From Clostridia bacterium (GTDB lineage Bacteria > Bacillota > Clostridia > UBA1381), in assembly GCA_045590035.1 (NCBI GenBank), contig JAZNQG010000200.1, positions 1 to 47,394 of the forward strand: a DNA stretch of 47,394 nt, read 5' to 3'. Every line of letters begins with the position of its first letter. Positions within the stretch are counted from its first letter, which is position 1. A program made the position numbers and the translations under genes. The notes below the pieces were generated by a model. The model saw only the letters and a program-made list of their open reading frames with translations. It was not told the origin of the DNA and searched no databases. Shown in pieces: positions 35,156 through 45,546 of the stretch.

Positions 35156-36205
35156 TTATTTATTGTCCATTGATGCGAGCTCGTCTTTAATGTACTGGAG
35201 AGTGAGAAGCTTTTCCTTTACTCCTTCAACATCTAAAAGCTCTGTATTATGCGAATTAAATTCTGTAAGCGGATTTCTTTCGGTATCACCGTCGTTAAAA
35301 TACTTATCATAATTAAGTCCGCGCTTGTCTGACGGTACACGGTAGAAATCACCCATATCGATAGCATTTGCACATTCTTCGTTGGTAAGAAGTGTTTCAT
35401 ACATCTTTTCGCCGTGTCTTATACCAATTACCTTAATCTTGTCCTTATCTCCGCCAAAGAGCTCACAAACAGCTTCTGCCTGAGTCTGAATTGTGCATGC
35501 AGGAGCTTTCTGAACAAGGATGTCGCCTGTTGTTCCGTGTTCGAAAGCGAAAAGCACAAGGTCAACAGCTTCGTCAAGACTCATAATAAATCTTGTCATT
35601 GTACCGTCGGTGATCGTAATGGGATTACCTGATTTTATTTGCTCAATCCAAAGCGGTATTACAGAACCTCTTGAGCACATTACGTTTCCGTATCTTGTAC
35701 AGCAAATCTTGGTTTTTTCTTCTGAAACTGTTCTTGACTTTGCAACAATCACCTTTTCCATCATTGCCTTACTTGTACCCATAGCATTTACGGGGTATGC
35801 AGCTTTGTCGGTAGATAGACAAACAACATTTTTAACACCTGCTTCAATAGCGGCTGTAAGTACATTTTCAGTTCCCAATACATTTGTCTTTACTGCTTCG
35901 ATAGGGAAGAATTCGCAAGACGGTACCTGCTTAAGTGCTGCTGCGTGGAATATGTAATCAACACCGTGCATTGCATTTTTTACAGATGCTATGTCTCTTA
36001 CGTCTCCGATATAGAACTTAATCTTGTCAGCAACATCTGGCATTTTAGCCTGAAATTCGTGACGCATATCGTCCTGTTTCTTTTCATCTCTTGAGAAAAT
36101 TCTGATTTCTCCGATATCTGTTCTTAAAAAACGGTTAAGTACCGCATTTCCGAACGAACCTGTGCCTCCTGTAATAAGTAAGGTTTTTCCTGTAAATACG
36201 CCCAT
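35156..36205 (-). CDS. capE: UDP-GlcNAc 4,6-dehydratase/5-epimerase (Cap5E/FnlA-like)
   Basis: Strong colinear similarity to S. aureus Cap5E (LITGGTGSFGNAV, IRIFSRDEKKQDD, HAAALKQVPSCEFFP.EAVKTN, LSTDKAAYP.NAMG.SKAMMEK, TRYGNVM.SRGSVIPL). Confidence 0.95.
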   Translation of the reverse strand: MGVFTGKTLLITGGTGSFGNAVLNRFLRTDIGEIRIFSRDEKKQDDMRHEFQAKMPDVADKIKFYIGDVRDIASVKNAMHGVDYIFHAAALKQVPSCEFFPIEAVKTNVLGTENVLTAAIEAGVKNVVCLSTDKAAYPVNAMGTSKAMMEKVIVAKSRTVSEEKTKICCTRYGNVMCSRGSVIPLWIEQIKSGNPITITDGTMTRFIMSLDEAVDLVLFAFEHGTTGDILVQKAPACTIQTQAEAVCELFGGDKDKIKVIGIRHGEKMYETLLTNEECANAIDMGDFYRVPSDKRGLNYDKYFNDGDTERNPLTEFNSHNTELLDVEGVKEKLLTLQYIKDELASMDNK

Positions 36206-36207
36206 GA

Positions 36208-37593
36208 TTAGTTCTCCTTTTCATCGATGATTTTTTCTTTTTTATTAAGTGATTTTATATGTTTGTGTATAACGAGTGGCTGAACAATTGTAAGCGGCAT
36301 CTGCGCTATAACGGTTGCAAGCATTACTGCCTGCCATGAACCGACAAGCTTCGCTGCAAAAATTGCTGCAGGGAATTTTATAATAGCACCCAAAATAGTG
36401 AATATAGTCTGAGTTTTAAGCTTTCCAAAACCGTTTGCGAAGCAGTTCGCTGTATTGATTACAGTGCTTTGGGTATTATATGATGCAAAAAGTACAAGCG
36501 ACAGAATATCGACTGTCAAAACTCCTTTACCGAGCCATATGTCCGAAATGGGCTGATAAAGAATAGCAAGAAGTATATTTCCGAAAGTACATAATAGAAC
36601 AATACCCCACATAATTTTCCATACATTTTTTATCCACAAATAACGCTTTTCATAGTACGCTTTTGTAATTGCCGACCAGATTGGTTGCTGGATAAGTGTA
36701 ATGAAAACAATTATGATATAAAACAGTTTGTGATAATAATTATACTGAACCACATCTTCTGCTGCAAAAAGCATATTTATGTATATCTCGTTTGATGAGC
36801 CGAGTGCAACGAGGGATAGCTGAATAAGGAAAAATTTTCCGCCAAGACTCATTATATCCTTTGCACAAGCTTTGTTAAAGCCGAATATAGTCGGACGCAT
36901 CTCTTTTAGCTTTCCTAAAAAGAGGATAAGAGTCAAAATAAGTATCGGAAGATTGTATGCTACCGAATAAACCCATGAAAGTCTTAAAATTTTTTCTTCA
37001 AGACCTGCCATACCCTGTGGAAGTGAGATAAATACAAGAAGCATTATCTGTGTAAGCAAGGTTATAAGGCTTGGAAGGAATGTTCTCTGAATCGCGTAAC
37101 AGATAGAAGAGATAAGCAGGAAGAAAAAGTGAATTACAACTCCTGCAAAAACTATCTGTATATACGTTTTAAAAACTGAAAGACTTACAATGTCCGCGGG
37201 GACCTTTAAAAATGTATTCCAGTCTACTAAAGCGATAAGTATAGCACCTGCTACCCAGATAAGAAGAGAAATAACACCAACCGAAATGTATGCAGATGAT
37301 ATATATTTTTTTGAGCCTTCGCTATCGCCATGTGCTATGGTTTTTACAAGGTTATTCCGAAGTCCGTTTCCGATTCCAAAGTCGAACATTGTAATCCATG
37401 TAAATACCATAGATACCGTAACCCATGCACCGTATGCCGTGTCGTTTGAAAAGTACCTTACATATGCAGGTACAATAAGGATTGATACAAGCATTGCAAA
37501 CCCTTTTATAATAAGGGAATATAGTACATTCGATGAAAGCTCACGGTTATTTTTGTTTCCTAAAAGGGAGAGAATCTTATTTATAATATTCAT
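36208..37593 (-). CDS. wzx: Wzx-type oligosaccharide flippase (MOP superfamily)
   Basis: A 461 aa protein with about 12-14 TM segments, placed next to wzy and the GTs. Confidence 0.8.
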   Translation of the reverse strand: MNIINKILSLLGNKNNRELSSNVLYSLIIKGFAMLVSILIVPAYVRYFSNDTAYGAWVTVSMVFTWITMFDFGIGNGLRNNLVKTIAHGDSEGSKKYISSAYISVGVISLLIWVAGAILIALVDWNTFLKVPADIVSLSVFKTYIQIVFAGVVIHFFFLLISSICYAIQRTFLPSLITLLTQIMLLVFISLPQGMAGLEEKILRLSWVYSVAYNLPILILTLILFLGKLKEMRPTIFGFNKACAKDIMSLGGKFFLIQLSLVALGSSNEIYINMLFAAEDVVQYNYYHKLFYIIIVFITLIQQPIWSAITKAYYEKRYLWIKNVWKIMWGIVLLCTFGNILLAILYQPISDIWLGKGVLTVDILSLVLFASYNTQSTVINTANCFANGFGKLKTQTIFTILGAIIKFPAAIFAAKLVGSWQAVMLATVIAQMPLTIVQPLVIHKHIKSLNKKEKIIDEKEN

Positions 37594-38864
37594 AAGCTTT
37601 CCTCCAAATCTCTACCTTTGCCTGCTATCGCATGGTTTATAGCATGTAAAAAAGTCTTTTTACTATTATCAAAATCATGTTTTTGATATGCAAGCTTTAT
37701 CGCTCTTTCCGATACTTTTTCTTTGTCTGGAGCGGAAATGCTCTCATGAAGGGCGCTGTATAGTTCTTCCGAATTTGAAGCAACATATGCAGCTTGATTT
37801 TTTCTTAAGTATTCATTAACAAAAATATCATAAGGCGCATACAATAGAATTGTTTTTCCTGTAGCAAGATATTCTGAAATTTTAGTTGACAGAGAATATT
37901 TAATGAAACTTCTATGTTCTTCATCAAAAGTTTCTATATGAACAAGGATATCACACTCATCATAAATTTTAATGATTTCGTTATGATTTACATAAGGGAA
38001 AATAACAACACTTTTTATGTCATCAAAATTTTTGGAATATGCCAAGATGCTTTTTTCGTCTGTATAAATTTTTAAAATAATGTCTGTATTGTTTTCTTTA
38101 TTATATTTATCTACGTTTCTTGCAAGTTCCAAGAGAGATTTATATCTGTTTAAGTGTAGTCCGCCTGCATATGTTAAAACTTTTACGGGTTTCGAGTAGT
38201 CACTATTTAAGCGGTAATCATCAACCTTAACGGTATTCATAAGGGAATAATGCGGTATATTCCAACGATTACTATACTCTTCCGCCATTTTCTCACTTAT
38301 TGTAATAGCACAATTAGAGCGGGAATAAAGACGTTTTAACCATTTCTGTGTTTCTTTAAGATGGACGGGGAAGACGTCTTCACCAAATCTGTGAGAAGCG
38401 GACCAGTTGTCCATAAAATGCGGAAGTATGGGTATGTTTAATTTTTTTGATAACTTGTATGCTAATTTCATACAATCAATAGCATTTCCAAGTGTATAAA
38501 TGCATTGCGGAGAAAAATCTTTGATTTCTCTAAGAAGCTTTGGCGTTATAAAAATCGGTTCAAAGTCAAGCATCATAGCTGCTCTTGATTTTGATACAAT
38601 CCCGGGTTTATTTGGTGGTTTTACGGTAGTTGATGGTGTATCATTCCCGGTTTTTCCGAGTAGCTTATTTGCTACATATCTCACAGGACAAACATTTGTC
38701 AAATATTTTGATTTTATTTTAAGAACATCTTTGGCGCTGTAACACGGCTGCATATATAATTCAAATAGTTCGTTACTGTTAAAATCCTGAAAAATACTCC
38801 GTAGCGTAATGCCGGTGGCATTATTATGATTTATCGATTGAGTGTTTACAATTAATATTCTCAT
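37590..38864 (-). CDS. putative GT-B-fold glycosyltransferase (weak family signal)
   Basis: The MRILIVN start and a C-terminal E-x7-E-like region (EEHRSFIKYSLSTKISEYLATGK). The context is a capsule locus. Confidence 0.5.
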   Translation of the reverse strand: MRILIVNTQSINHNNATGITLRSIFQDFNSNELFELYMQPCYSAKDVLKIKSKYLTNVCPVRYVANKLLGKTGNDTPSTTVKPPNKPGIVSKSRAAMMLDFEPIFITPKLLREIKDFSPQCIYTLGNAIDCMKLAYKLSKKLNIPILPHFMDNWSASHRFGEDVFPVHLKETQKWLKRLYSRSNCAITISEKMAEEYSNRWNIPHYSLMNTVKVDDYRLNSDYSKPVKVLTYAGGLHLNRYKSLLELARNVDKYNKENNTDIILKIYTDEKSILAYSKNFDDIKSVVIFPYVNHNEIIKIYDECDILVHIETFDEEHRSFIKYSLSTKISEYLATGKTILLYAPYDIFVNEYLRKNQAAYVASNSEELYSALHESISAPDKEKVSERAIKLAYQKHDFDNSKKTFLHAINHAIAGKGRDLEESL

Positions 38865-38907
38865 AACTTTAATAGTTACTCCTTGTTTTTAAAGATATAA
38901 CATTTTT

Positions 38908-40137
38908 TTATTCTTCCAAGTTATTTTTGTATTCAAAATGGTTCGTGGTACTATTTATATAGAAAAGTATCATCCATGTAGTAACAATAAATAGGTGAGG
39001 TTCTTTATTTACGATAAAGAGAAAACATGCAGCTATTATGGTCTTTATTTCAATTCCGAGATGCGGAAGTTTTTTGTTTGAAAAAATTGGTAATATAAAT
39101 CCAAGTGAATAGAAAGCGCCAAGAAAACCAATAGCTGCCATTATCTGTGTACTTGTAGATGTCTGGCCAAGCACCTTAGCATCGCCCTTCATTGGCATTC
39201 TTGAAAGAATCTCAGATGAAGAATCGGTAAAGCCCCAGCCGAAAAGCGGTTTTTCAGTGAATACACCAAAGTTTATTAAAGGTGCGTTAATTCTGGTAGA
39301 AGTTGTTCCTGATTCCGTTTCAACAAGCTTACCAAAAAGCTCGGGGCTTACATTTACAAGAGCATTGACTATTGCATCATAGAATATTACTATACATAAA
39401 ACCGCAATTATAAAGAGTGCTGTATAAAGCGGGTTTTTTTGCTTGTTGCTGAGCTTTGTCCATAAAAGACCGAAAATGACAAGAAGTAAAATCACGAGAC
39501 CTGCAGTTGACCTTGTTGCAAGAAGCCCTGAAAGATAAATTATAAATCCAAGTGGAGTAACACGGTTATCATCTATAAAATACTCGCATAGCATCGAAAT
39601 AATAATCATAGAAGCAAAAACTCCCGGTTCCCAGAAAATTCCATGTGCTCTGCCACCGGCAAATTTTTCTGTTACAATAAATAAATCCACATATCCATTA
39701 ACCATAGGGAAACTGCCAAATCCCAACATTCTCGCAAATGAAAAAAGCAAAGAGATGATTATAAGTACCTTTATTGCTTTAGTGAAGATGCGTGAAAATG
39801 TGTGGAATGGTAAATAACAGGTCAGCATATAAGCACATAGCATTGTAGCTAAAACTCTTATACCAGAGAGCATATTGCCCATATTAAAGTTGAAAATTGT
39901 AGAAAACAGTATTGCAAACATTAAAATAGCAGGAACCGAAAATACTTTCATATCAAGAAAGTTGATTCTGGTTGTTAAAAAACACATTCCTGCAAATGCA
40001 ATAAGCAATATAAGCGGAACATATGAATCGGTGGTTGTTGATCTGTAATATCCGGAATTTATCAGAATTATAACAACCGATAAGAACAAGAAAAACGATT
40101 TTGATAAACCCTTGTTTTGCTTAGATAGGGAATTCAA
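38908..40137 (-). CDS. wzy: Wzy-type polymerase / O-antigen-ligase-like membrane protein
   Basis: A 409 aa polytopic protein with a large loop containing R..HGIFWEPG. AT-rich codon usage. Confidence 0.6.
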   Translation of the reverse strand: MNSLSKQNKGLSKSFFLFLSVVIILINSGYYRSTTTDSYVPLILLIAFAGMCFLTTRINFLDMKVFSVPAILMFAILFSTIFNFNMGNMLSGIRVLATMLCAYMLTCYLPFHTFSRIFTKAIKVLIIISLLFSFARMLGFGSFPMVNGYVDLFIVTEKFAGGRAHGIFWEPGVFASMIIISMLCEYFIDDNRVTPLGFIIYLSGLLATRSTAGLVILLLVIFGLLWTKLSNKQKNPLYTALFIIAVLCIVIFYDAIVNALVNVSPELFGKLVETESGTTSTRINAPLINFGVFTEKPLFGWGFTDSSSEILSRMPMKGDAKVLGQTSTSTQIMAAIGFLGAFYSLGFILPIFSNKKLPHLGIEIKTIIAACFLFIVNKEPHLFIVTTWMILFYINSTTNHFEYKNNLEE

Positions 40138-41252
40138 TATATATTCAGTCCTTTCAAAAATGCGTATACATTTTCACTGTAATTACGATAATCAAAGATG
40201 TCTTTTTCAACTTTGATATTTTCTCTGTTGACTACTGCGTTTCTGATTTCGTCGGCAAGGTTATCAATTGATATAATATATCCATTTCTGCCATCACCTA
40301 CAAAGTCGCTGACATTACTGATTGCTGTCGTAAGAACCGCGGTGCCTGAGCTTATACATTCTACAAGCTTTGAGGGGAATCCGGCGTTGTTTTTTCTGTT
40401 ACTTTCTCTTATTACAAGTGAATAATCAGCGTTTTTTACAGCCTTAAGAGCTTCCTTGTGAGCAACTCTTCCGTAAAAAGTGATGTTGTCGGGGATTTTT
40501 ATATCTTCTGTCTGATAAATCTTGCGGTACTCGGCTTCATTTACGCCGTAAATATCAAGTTTTACAGTAATATGTTCTGATAAACGGTTAACAGCATCTA
40601 AGACCTTGTCAAGTCTTTCCTTTGTTCTGCTTGGCCAGCCAACATAGGCAAGATGGCAAAAATTATCCGTTTTTTCTTCGGGAATATCCCATTTTGAGTC
40701 GTGAATATCAACGAGCGGCGGAACAAGTACTGTGTTTTGTTTGGAATAATAATTCTCAAGATATTTACTTATAACTATCAAGCCGTCCATCTTTTTGTGG
40801 AGCACACGCATTCTTTTATGAGAATCATATGCTCGTACAATACGAAACAACGGATTTTTGTTTTTGTTTGTGTACCATTCGGAAACATCGCCAATGCATT
40901 TTATAGCATGTTTTTTACAGTATTTCATAAGCTTCCCGAGTGCCACTGCAGGGAAATCATAAGCAATAAGTACATCGGGTTTAAGTTCTTTTAATAGTTT
41001 AAGCTCAGGCGTTGCATCGGAAAACATACTGTATTTTTCCAAAGATGTTTTTGCTTTGTGTTTTTCATAGCTTTCAAAACCGTAGCATTCAACTTTCATC
41101 CAACCATCTGACACTTTGACATTGTCAGACCAGCCTGCTAAAATAACCTCGTGCCCTAAATCTCTTAAGAGCTTTGCATTAGCAACAACACGATTTGCCG
41201 TTGCCTCTTTATCGGGCAGCTCAAATCTGCCTATATATAAAATCTTAGCCAT
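40134..41252 (-). CDS. glycosyltransferase, GT-B fold (GT1/GT4-like)
   Basis: A 372 aa protein with a C-terminal EsnrkNNAGFPSKLVECISSG motif region. The stop overlaps the wzy start. Confidence 0.7.
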   Translation of the reverse strand: MAKILYIGRFELPDKEATANRVVANAKLLRDLGHEVILAGWSDNVKVSDGWMKVECYGFESYEKHKAKTSLEKYSMFSDATPELKLLKELKPDVLIAYDFPAVALGKLMKYCKKHAIKCIGDVSEWYTNKNKNPLFRIVRAYDSHKRMRVLHKKMDGLIVISKYLENYYSKQNTVLVPPLVDIHDSKWDIPEEKTDNFCHLAYVGWPSRTKERLDKVLDAVNRLSEHITVKLDIYGVNEAEYRKIYQTEDIKIPDNITFYGRVAHKEALKAVKNADYSLVIRESNRKNNAGFPSKLVECISSGTAVLTTAISNVSDFVGDGRNGYIISIDNLADEIRNAVVNRENIKVEKDIFDYRNYSENVYAFLKGLNIY

Positions 41253-41270
41253 ATATAACTCCTAAAGCTA

Positions 41271-42542
41271 TTATAAAGTAAGTCCGTAAATCATCGGAAC
41301 TGCGACAACAATTACAAGATAAGATATAATTTCAAAAGCGAAGCTATACTTAAAGTAGTCGTTAAACCTATATCCAACACACATTGACATACCGAGTGTT
41401 GAGCTTGCTAAAGGACAACAGAGCGGTACACCCGCTGCGATTGTTGCACCCATTGCGAAAGCATACGGATTAAGACCGTAATCGGGAGCTATAGCAAGCA
41501 CTATCGGAAGAACGATTAAAAGTGCTGTAGAGTTTGAGATAAATTCGCTCGTAAACAGAGCAAGGAAAACTATAATGCAGAAAAGTACGAAAGGACTTAA
41601 ATTTGTGCCGATAACACCCTTAAACATTTCTGCAATTAAAGCTGTACCTCCTGAAATTTCAAGAGCTTTCGCAATACCTAAGCATCCTGCAAGTCTGCCT
41701 ACAATATTCCAGTTTACAGCAGAAATTGCTTTTTTCTGTGTGATACAACCTGTAATGATGCAAAGTAAAGCTGCAGTTGTACTTGTAACTGCTAAAGGCA
41801 ACCATTCTGTAATATAAAGAACAACAGTTGCCAAAAAGATTAGCCCTACAATTATCATTTTAGGCTTGCTGTATGAGTCGCTGTTGCTGTTTAATACATA
41901 ATCTACTTCGTCATCTTCTCTTGAACCCCATATTTTTTCGCCTCTGGGTCTTCCGATAAACAAGCAGTATAAAAGACCGAGAACAAGGATGATAGAAACA
42001 ACGGGAGTAAAAGAAAATGTTTTGAAGGTCTGAGCGCCTGCTTCTTCTAAAAGTCCCTGAGCTGTCATCTGCTGAGTTGAGCCTACAAGAGTTGAAGCTC
42101 CGCCGATAACACAACCAAAAGCAATCGGCATAATAAGGTTCTTTGCCTTTAGAGAAGCATTTGATACTGAAAGCCCTAATATGATAGGAATAAAAATAGC
42201 AAGCACTGCTGAGTTTGTAAGGAAAGCTGACATAATCGCTGATGCAAGATATGTACCAATAATAAGCTTTACTTCAGAGCCTTTTGAAATTTTTACAATT
42301 GCTGCGCCAATTGTTGCTGCAAGACCTGTTTCGGAAATGGCAGCGCCGATAATCATAACGCCGATTGTCAAAATAACGGTGCTTGAAGCGAAAGGACCGA
42401 AGGCATCTTTAAACTGACATGCGCCAAAAATAACCATAGTTACACAACCTAAAATTGCGGTTGTGGCCATAGGGAGCTTGTCCCATACAAAAAGCACTAT
42501 ACATGCTATGAAAATAATTAGTGAAATTACATCAATACCCAT
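41271..42542 (-). CDS. SLC13/DASS or CitMHS/ArsB-like anion permease (IT superfamily)
   Basis: A 423 aa polytopic protein with two-fold internal symmetry. Hairpin-type motifs (SAFLTNSAV, SEFISNSTAL) are typical of the IT superfamily. Confidence 0.72.
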   Translation of the reverse strand: MGIDVISLIIFIACIVLFVWDKLPMATTAILGCVTMVIFGACQFKDAFGPFASSTVILTIGVMIIGAAISETGLAATIGAAIVKISKGSEVKLIIGTYLASAIMSAFLTNSAVLAIFIPIILGLSVSNASLKAKNLIMPIAFGCVIGGASTLVGSTQQMTAQGLLEEAGAQTFKTFSFTPVVSIILVLGLLYCLFIGRPRGEKIWGSREDDEVDYVLNSNSDSYSKPKMIIVGLIFLATVVLYITEWLPLAVTSTTAALLCIITGCITQKKAISAVNWNIVGRLAGCLGIAKALEISGGTALIAEMFKGVIGTNLSPFVLFCIIVFLALFTSEFISNSTALLIVLPIVLAIAPDYGLNPYAFAMGATIAAGVPLCCPLASSTLGMSMCVGYRFNDYFKYSFAFEIISYLVIVVAVPMIYGLTL

Positions 42543-42571
42543 TTTAAGTTTTCTCCTTTTAATATATTATG

Positions 42572-43474
42572 CTATATACGAAACATATCATCTTCAACAT
42601 TTTTATTTAAAATTGCATCTGCTTGCTCTCTTGTAATATACTTTCTTTTTACATTTATCGAAAGCCAGTTACGAAGAGCGGGGGGGATTAAAAGCTGATA
42701 TACAAATCTTATTGCAAGCTCCTTTACAAATTGCGGTAATGTTGCAATTTTGTTTTTCAAAAGATATTTTCTTATATCATACTCTGCCATGAAATATTTA
42801 AGCCCACCATGGCGACGCGCCTGGTCTTCGCCCAAACGAACATATACAAGATGCTCGGGGATGTTTCTGAACTTGCAACCCGCTTTTGCCATTCTTGCCC
42901 AGAGATAATAATCTTCGTGGTTATATGAGTGCATATAATTTCCTGCCTTAAGAACTGCATCTTTTCTCATAAGTACAGTAACATGGCTCATAGGACTTTT
43001 TTTAGGAAGAACCTTTATGATTTCTTCGTGAGTTAATTTGCGGTTTGCAGCAGAAACTTTATCGGTAGTATAAAGGTCGCCAACAAATCCTACGGTGCTT
43101 CCTCCAAGAACGTCGCAGGGCTCTTCCATATAAGCTTCAATTTGCTTTTTAAATCTGCCGGGAGCCGAAATGTCATCGCTGTCCATACGAACTATAAGGT
43201 CATATTTGCAGTTTTCGACTGCTAAGCGAAGAACATTTCCAAGGCCTATATTTTTTTCAAGTCTGTTTACTGTAAAAAAGTCATATTTTTCTTCATACTC
43301 ACTAATTATCTCATTCAACTTATCAGGCACCGGTCCGTCTACGACAAGATAAACTTCATCAGGAAGAAGAGATTGAAGACAAACACTGTCAAGAGCAACA
43401 CGGAAATGGTCGGGGTTGTCATTTTTGTAAACAGACATCGCAACCGAAAATTTTGGGCGGTTTTCTGAATTCAT
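42572..43474 (-). CDS. family 2 glycosyltransferase
   Basis: FSVAMSVYKND, VDGPV and the RMDSDD (DxD) motif. Confidence 0.85.
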   Translation of the reverse strand: MNSENRPKFSVAMSVYKNDNPDHFRVALDSVCLQSLLPDEVYLVVDGPVPDKLNEIISEYEEKYDFFTVNRLEKNIGLGNVLRLAVENCKYDLIVRMDSDDISAPGRFKKQIEAYMEEPCDVLGGSTVGFVGDLYTTDKVSAANRKLTHEEIIKVLPKKSPMSHVTVLMRKDAVLKAGNYMHSYNHEDYYLWARMAKAGCKFRNIPEHLVYVRLGEDQARRHGGLKYFMAEYDIRKYLLKNKIATLPQFVKELAIRFVYQLLIPPALRNWLSINVKRKYITREQADAILNKNVEDDMFRI

Positions 43475-43483
43475 ATTATATAT

Positions 43484-44644
43484 TTACCTTTCACGCTTTT
43501 TCATCTCAGATTTATATTTCTGGAAACACTGAATAGAGTATCCGATATAAGGCATCGGGTCTTTCCATGTAAATACAACATCTCTTTTTTTGCGGTTTCC
43601 GTTGGAGGTGGGTTCTTTTCTGAATCTGTCCTTTGATTTTAAGAACCACAAAACAGATGACTGGGAATGAACAACTCTTATTCCGTATTCGAGTTTTTCG
43701 GGCATTGGAGTCACATCCCAACCCATAGCAAATTCTATAATCTGTCTTACAAGGGGAAGACCTGCTTCTATACCTGTCTTTAAGCTTGCAGAAATTCTTC
43801 CGTTAATTTCCATAACCTTGGGGATTCCGTCCTTTTCACTTTCAATAAAGCATACTGAAGCGTATCCTCTCCAACCCATAAGCTGAAGCAGTTTTTCTGC
43901 CTGATGGGCGATTTCGGGCATCTCTACACCTTCAAAACGGCTGTTTGTTCCGATAACCAAAGGATACGGACGAGTGGATTTTGAAATCATTGAAGATTTA
44001 ACATTGCCGTCGTGGTCGATAAATGTGTATGATACTCTATGTACCTCAGCAGATTCAATAAATTCCTGAATTACATATTCTTCAACAACAACATTGCCAC
44101 TGTCTATAAGACTCATAAGATGCTCTTTGCTGTCAGCACGATAGAAGCCTCTTGAACCTGAACCTTTACGGGGCTTAAGTGCGAGCGGAAAAGTAACTTT
44201 GGATAAAAACTCGTCAAGACTTTCTGAATCTGTTTTTGTAAGAGGGCAGTTTATTCCGTTTTCCATACAGATTGTCATTGTAAGCTGTTTGTCATAGGCT
44301 TTATAAAAGCCTTCCTTATCTGCACAAGCGAGTTTTACATATTTTTCATACTCGTCGCTGTTATCTAAAAGTAATTCTGTTGCAGGCTCAAGCATAGGGA
44401 AGACCACATCATATTTTCCTGAGAAAATTTCCCTGTCAAGAACCTTTTTGAGCTCTGCCATATTACCTTTTGTTTGCGGCTCATACAGTTTTGTTTTGGG
44501 ATAGCGTGATGTGTATCCTATATCGAGCTTCGATTGATTGATTGTTGTGATTTCACAACCCAGTTTATGTAAGTCTCTTAATACTACGGCAACTTGTCTG
44601 CCATATCCGTCGAGAACAAGTACTCTCAAACCTTTAAAATTCAT
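43484..44644 (-). CDS. ATP-grasp domain ligase (unknown substrate)
   Basis: N-terminal pre-ATP-grasp Rossmann-like LVLDGYGRQ, then a central KPR.GSGSRGF and E.I...EV..V / EINGR pattern typical of ATP-grasp enzymes. Confidence 0.7.
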   Translation of the reverse strand: MNFKGLRVLVLDGYGRQVAVVLRDLHKLGCEITTINQSKLDIGYTSRYPKTKLYEPQTKGNMAELKKVLDREIFSGKYDVVFPMLEPATELLLDNSDEYEKYVKLACADKEGFYKAYDKQLTMTICMENGINCPLTKTDSESLDEFLSKVTFPLALKPRKGSGSRGFYRADSKEHLMSLIDSGNVVVEEYVIQEFIESAEVHRVSYTFIDHDGNVKSSMISKSTRPYPLVIGTNSRFEGVEMPEIAHQAEKLLQLMGWRGYASVCFIESEKDGIPKVMEINGRISASLKTGIEAGLPLVRQIIEFAMGWDVTPMPEKLEYGIRVVHSQSSVLWFLKSKDRFRKEPTSNGNRKKRDVVFTWKDPMPYIGYSIQCFQKYKSEMKKRER

Positions 44645-44673
44645 AGTATTTCCCTCTTTTCTATTTTGGTATA

Positions 44674-45546
44674 TTACTTTGTTTTAAGTGGATTTACTGC
44701 CTTGTTAAGTAAAAAAGTATATTTGTTTTTACCGGTTAGTGCTTTTATCAAAGCAAAACCTGTATTCACAGCCCATCGGGGGAAGTGGAGAACGATATTT
44801 GCTCTTCCTTCATTTTTTTCTTTCTCTATACACATAAGTGTATTCACACGGTCAGCATCTTTTATATTACATATGCTGCTTTCCGGCATACTTTCTATCC
44901 AGTCGGTTACATTTCTTACTGCGTTTTCGATAGAAAGAAATTCGTATTCTGTACCGTTTCCGACAATATATGCGATTTTGGGATATTTTAAATAATATCT
45001 TTTCTGTATATCACGTTTAATTGTCTCGGTGTAAACGGGTGCAAAACGAAAAATTGTGTATTTAAGTCCTGTATTTGCTGCAATTTTTTCAAGCTCTTTT
45101 TCTGCAAGGTATTTTGTCTTACCGTATGACGTTACAGGCTCGGGTATAGTGTCAGCTGTTGCAATACCTTTTACAAAACCATACACATCTGCAGTACTTG
45201 AAAAAAGAACAGGAACATTGTATGTGGCTGCGAGTTCAAAGATATGAGCTGCACACTCTACATTTATGTGGTAATACCTTTCATAAGACAGGTCGGACTC
45301 TCCTGCGGTGTGTGCCAATGCGGCAAGGTGGATAACCCTGTCTATATTGTTTTTGTTAAATATATCAGAGAGTACATCTTTATCAGAAAGTTCACATATT
45401 ACCTGTGTGAAATTCTGGTCGGAAAAATCGTTTTCCCTTCGGTCAACGCCAATAACTTTGTGACCTTTTTCCAACAGGCCTTTTATTACATTACTGCCTA
45501 TCATGCCGGCACTGCCGGTGACGAGAACTGTTTTTATGTCAGACAT
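44674..45546 (-). CDS. NAD-dependent epimerase/dehydratase-family SDR (Cap5N-like size)
   Basis: VTGSAGMIGS glycine motif and the YGKTK catalytic Y-x3-K. Confidence 0.85.
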   Translation of the reverse strand: MSDIKTVLVTGSAGMIGSNVIKGLLEKGHKVIGVDRRENDFSDQNFTQVICELSDKDVLSDIFNKNNIDRVIHLAALAHTAGESDLSYERYYHINVECAAHIFELAATYNVPVLFSSTADVYGFVKGIATADTIPEPVTSYGKTKYLAEKELEKIAANTGLKYTIFRFAPVYTETIKRDIQKRYYLKYPKIAYIVGNGTEYEFLSIENAVRNVTDWIESMPESSICNIKDADRVNTLMCIEKEKNEGRANIVLHFPRWAVNTGFALIKALTGKNKYTFLLNKAVNPLKTK

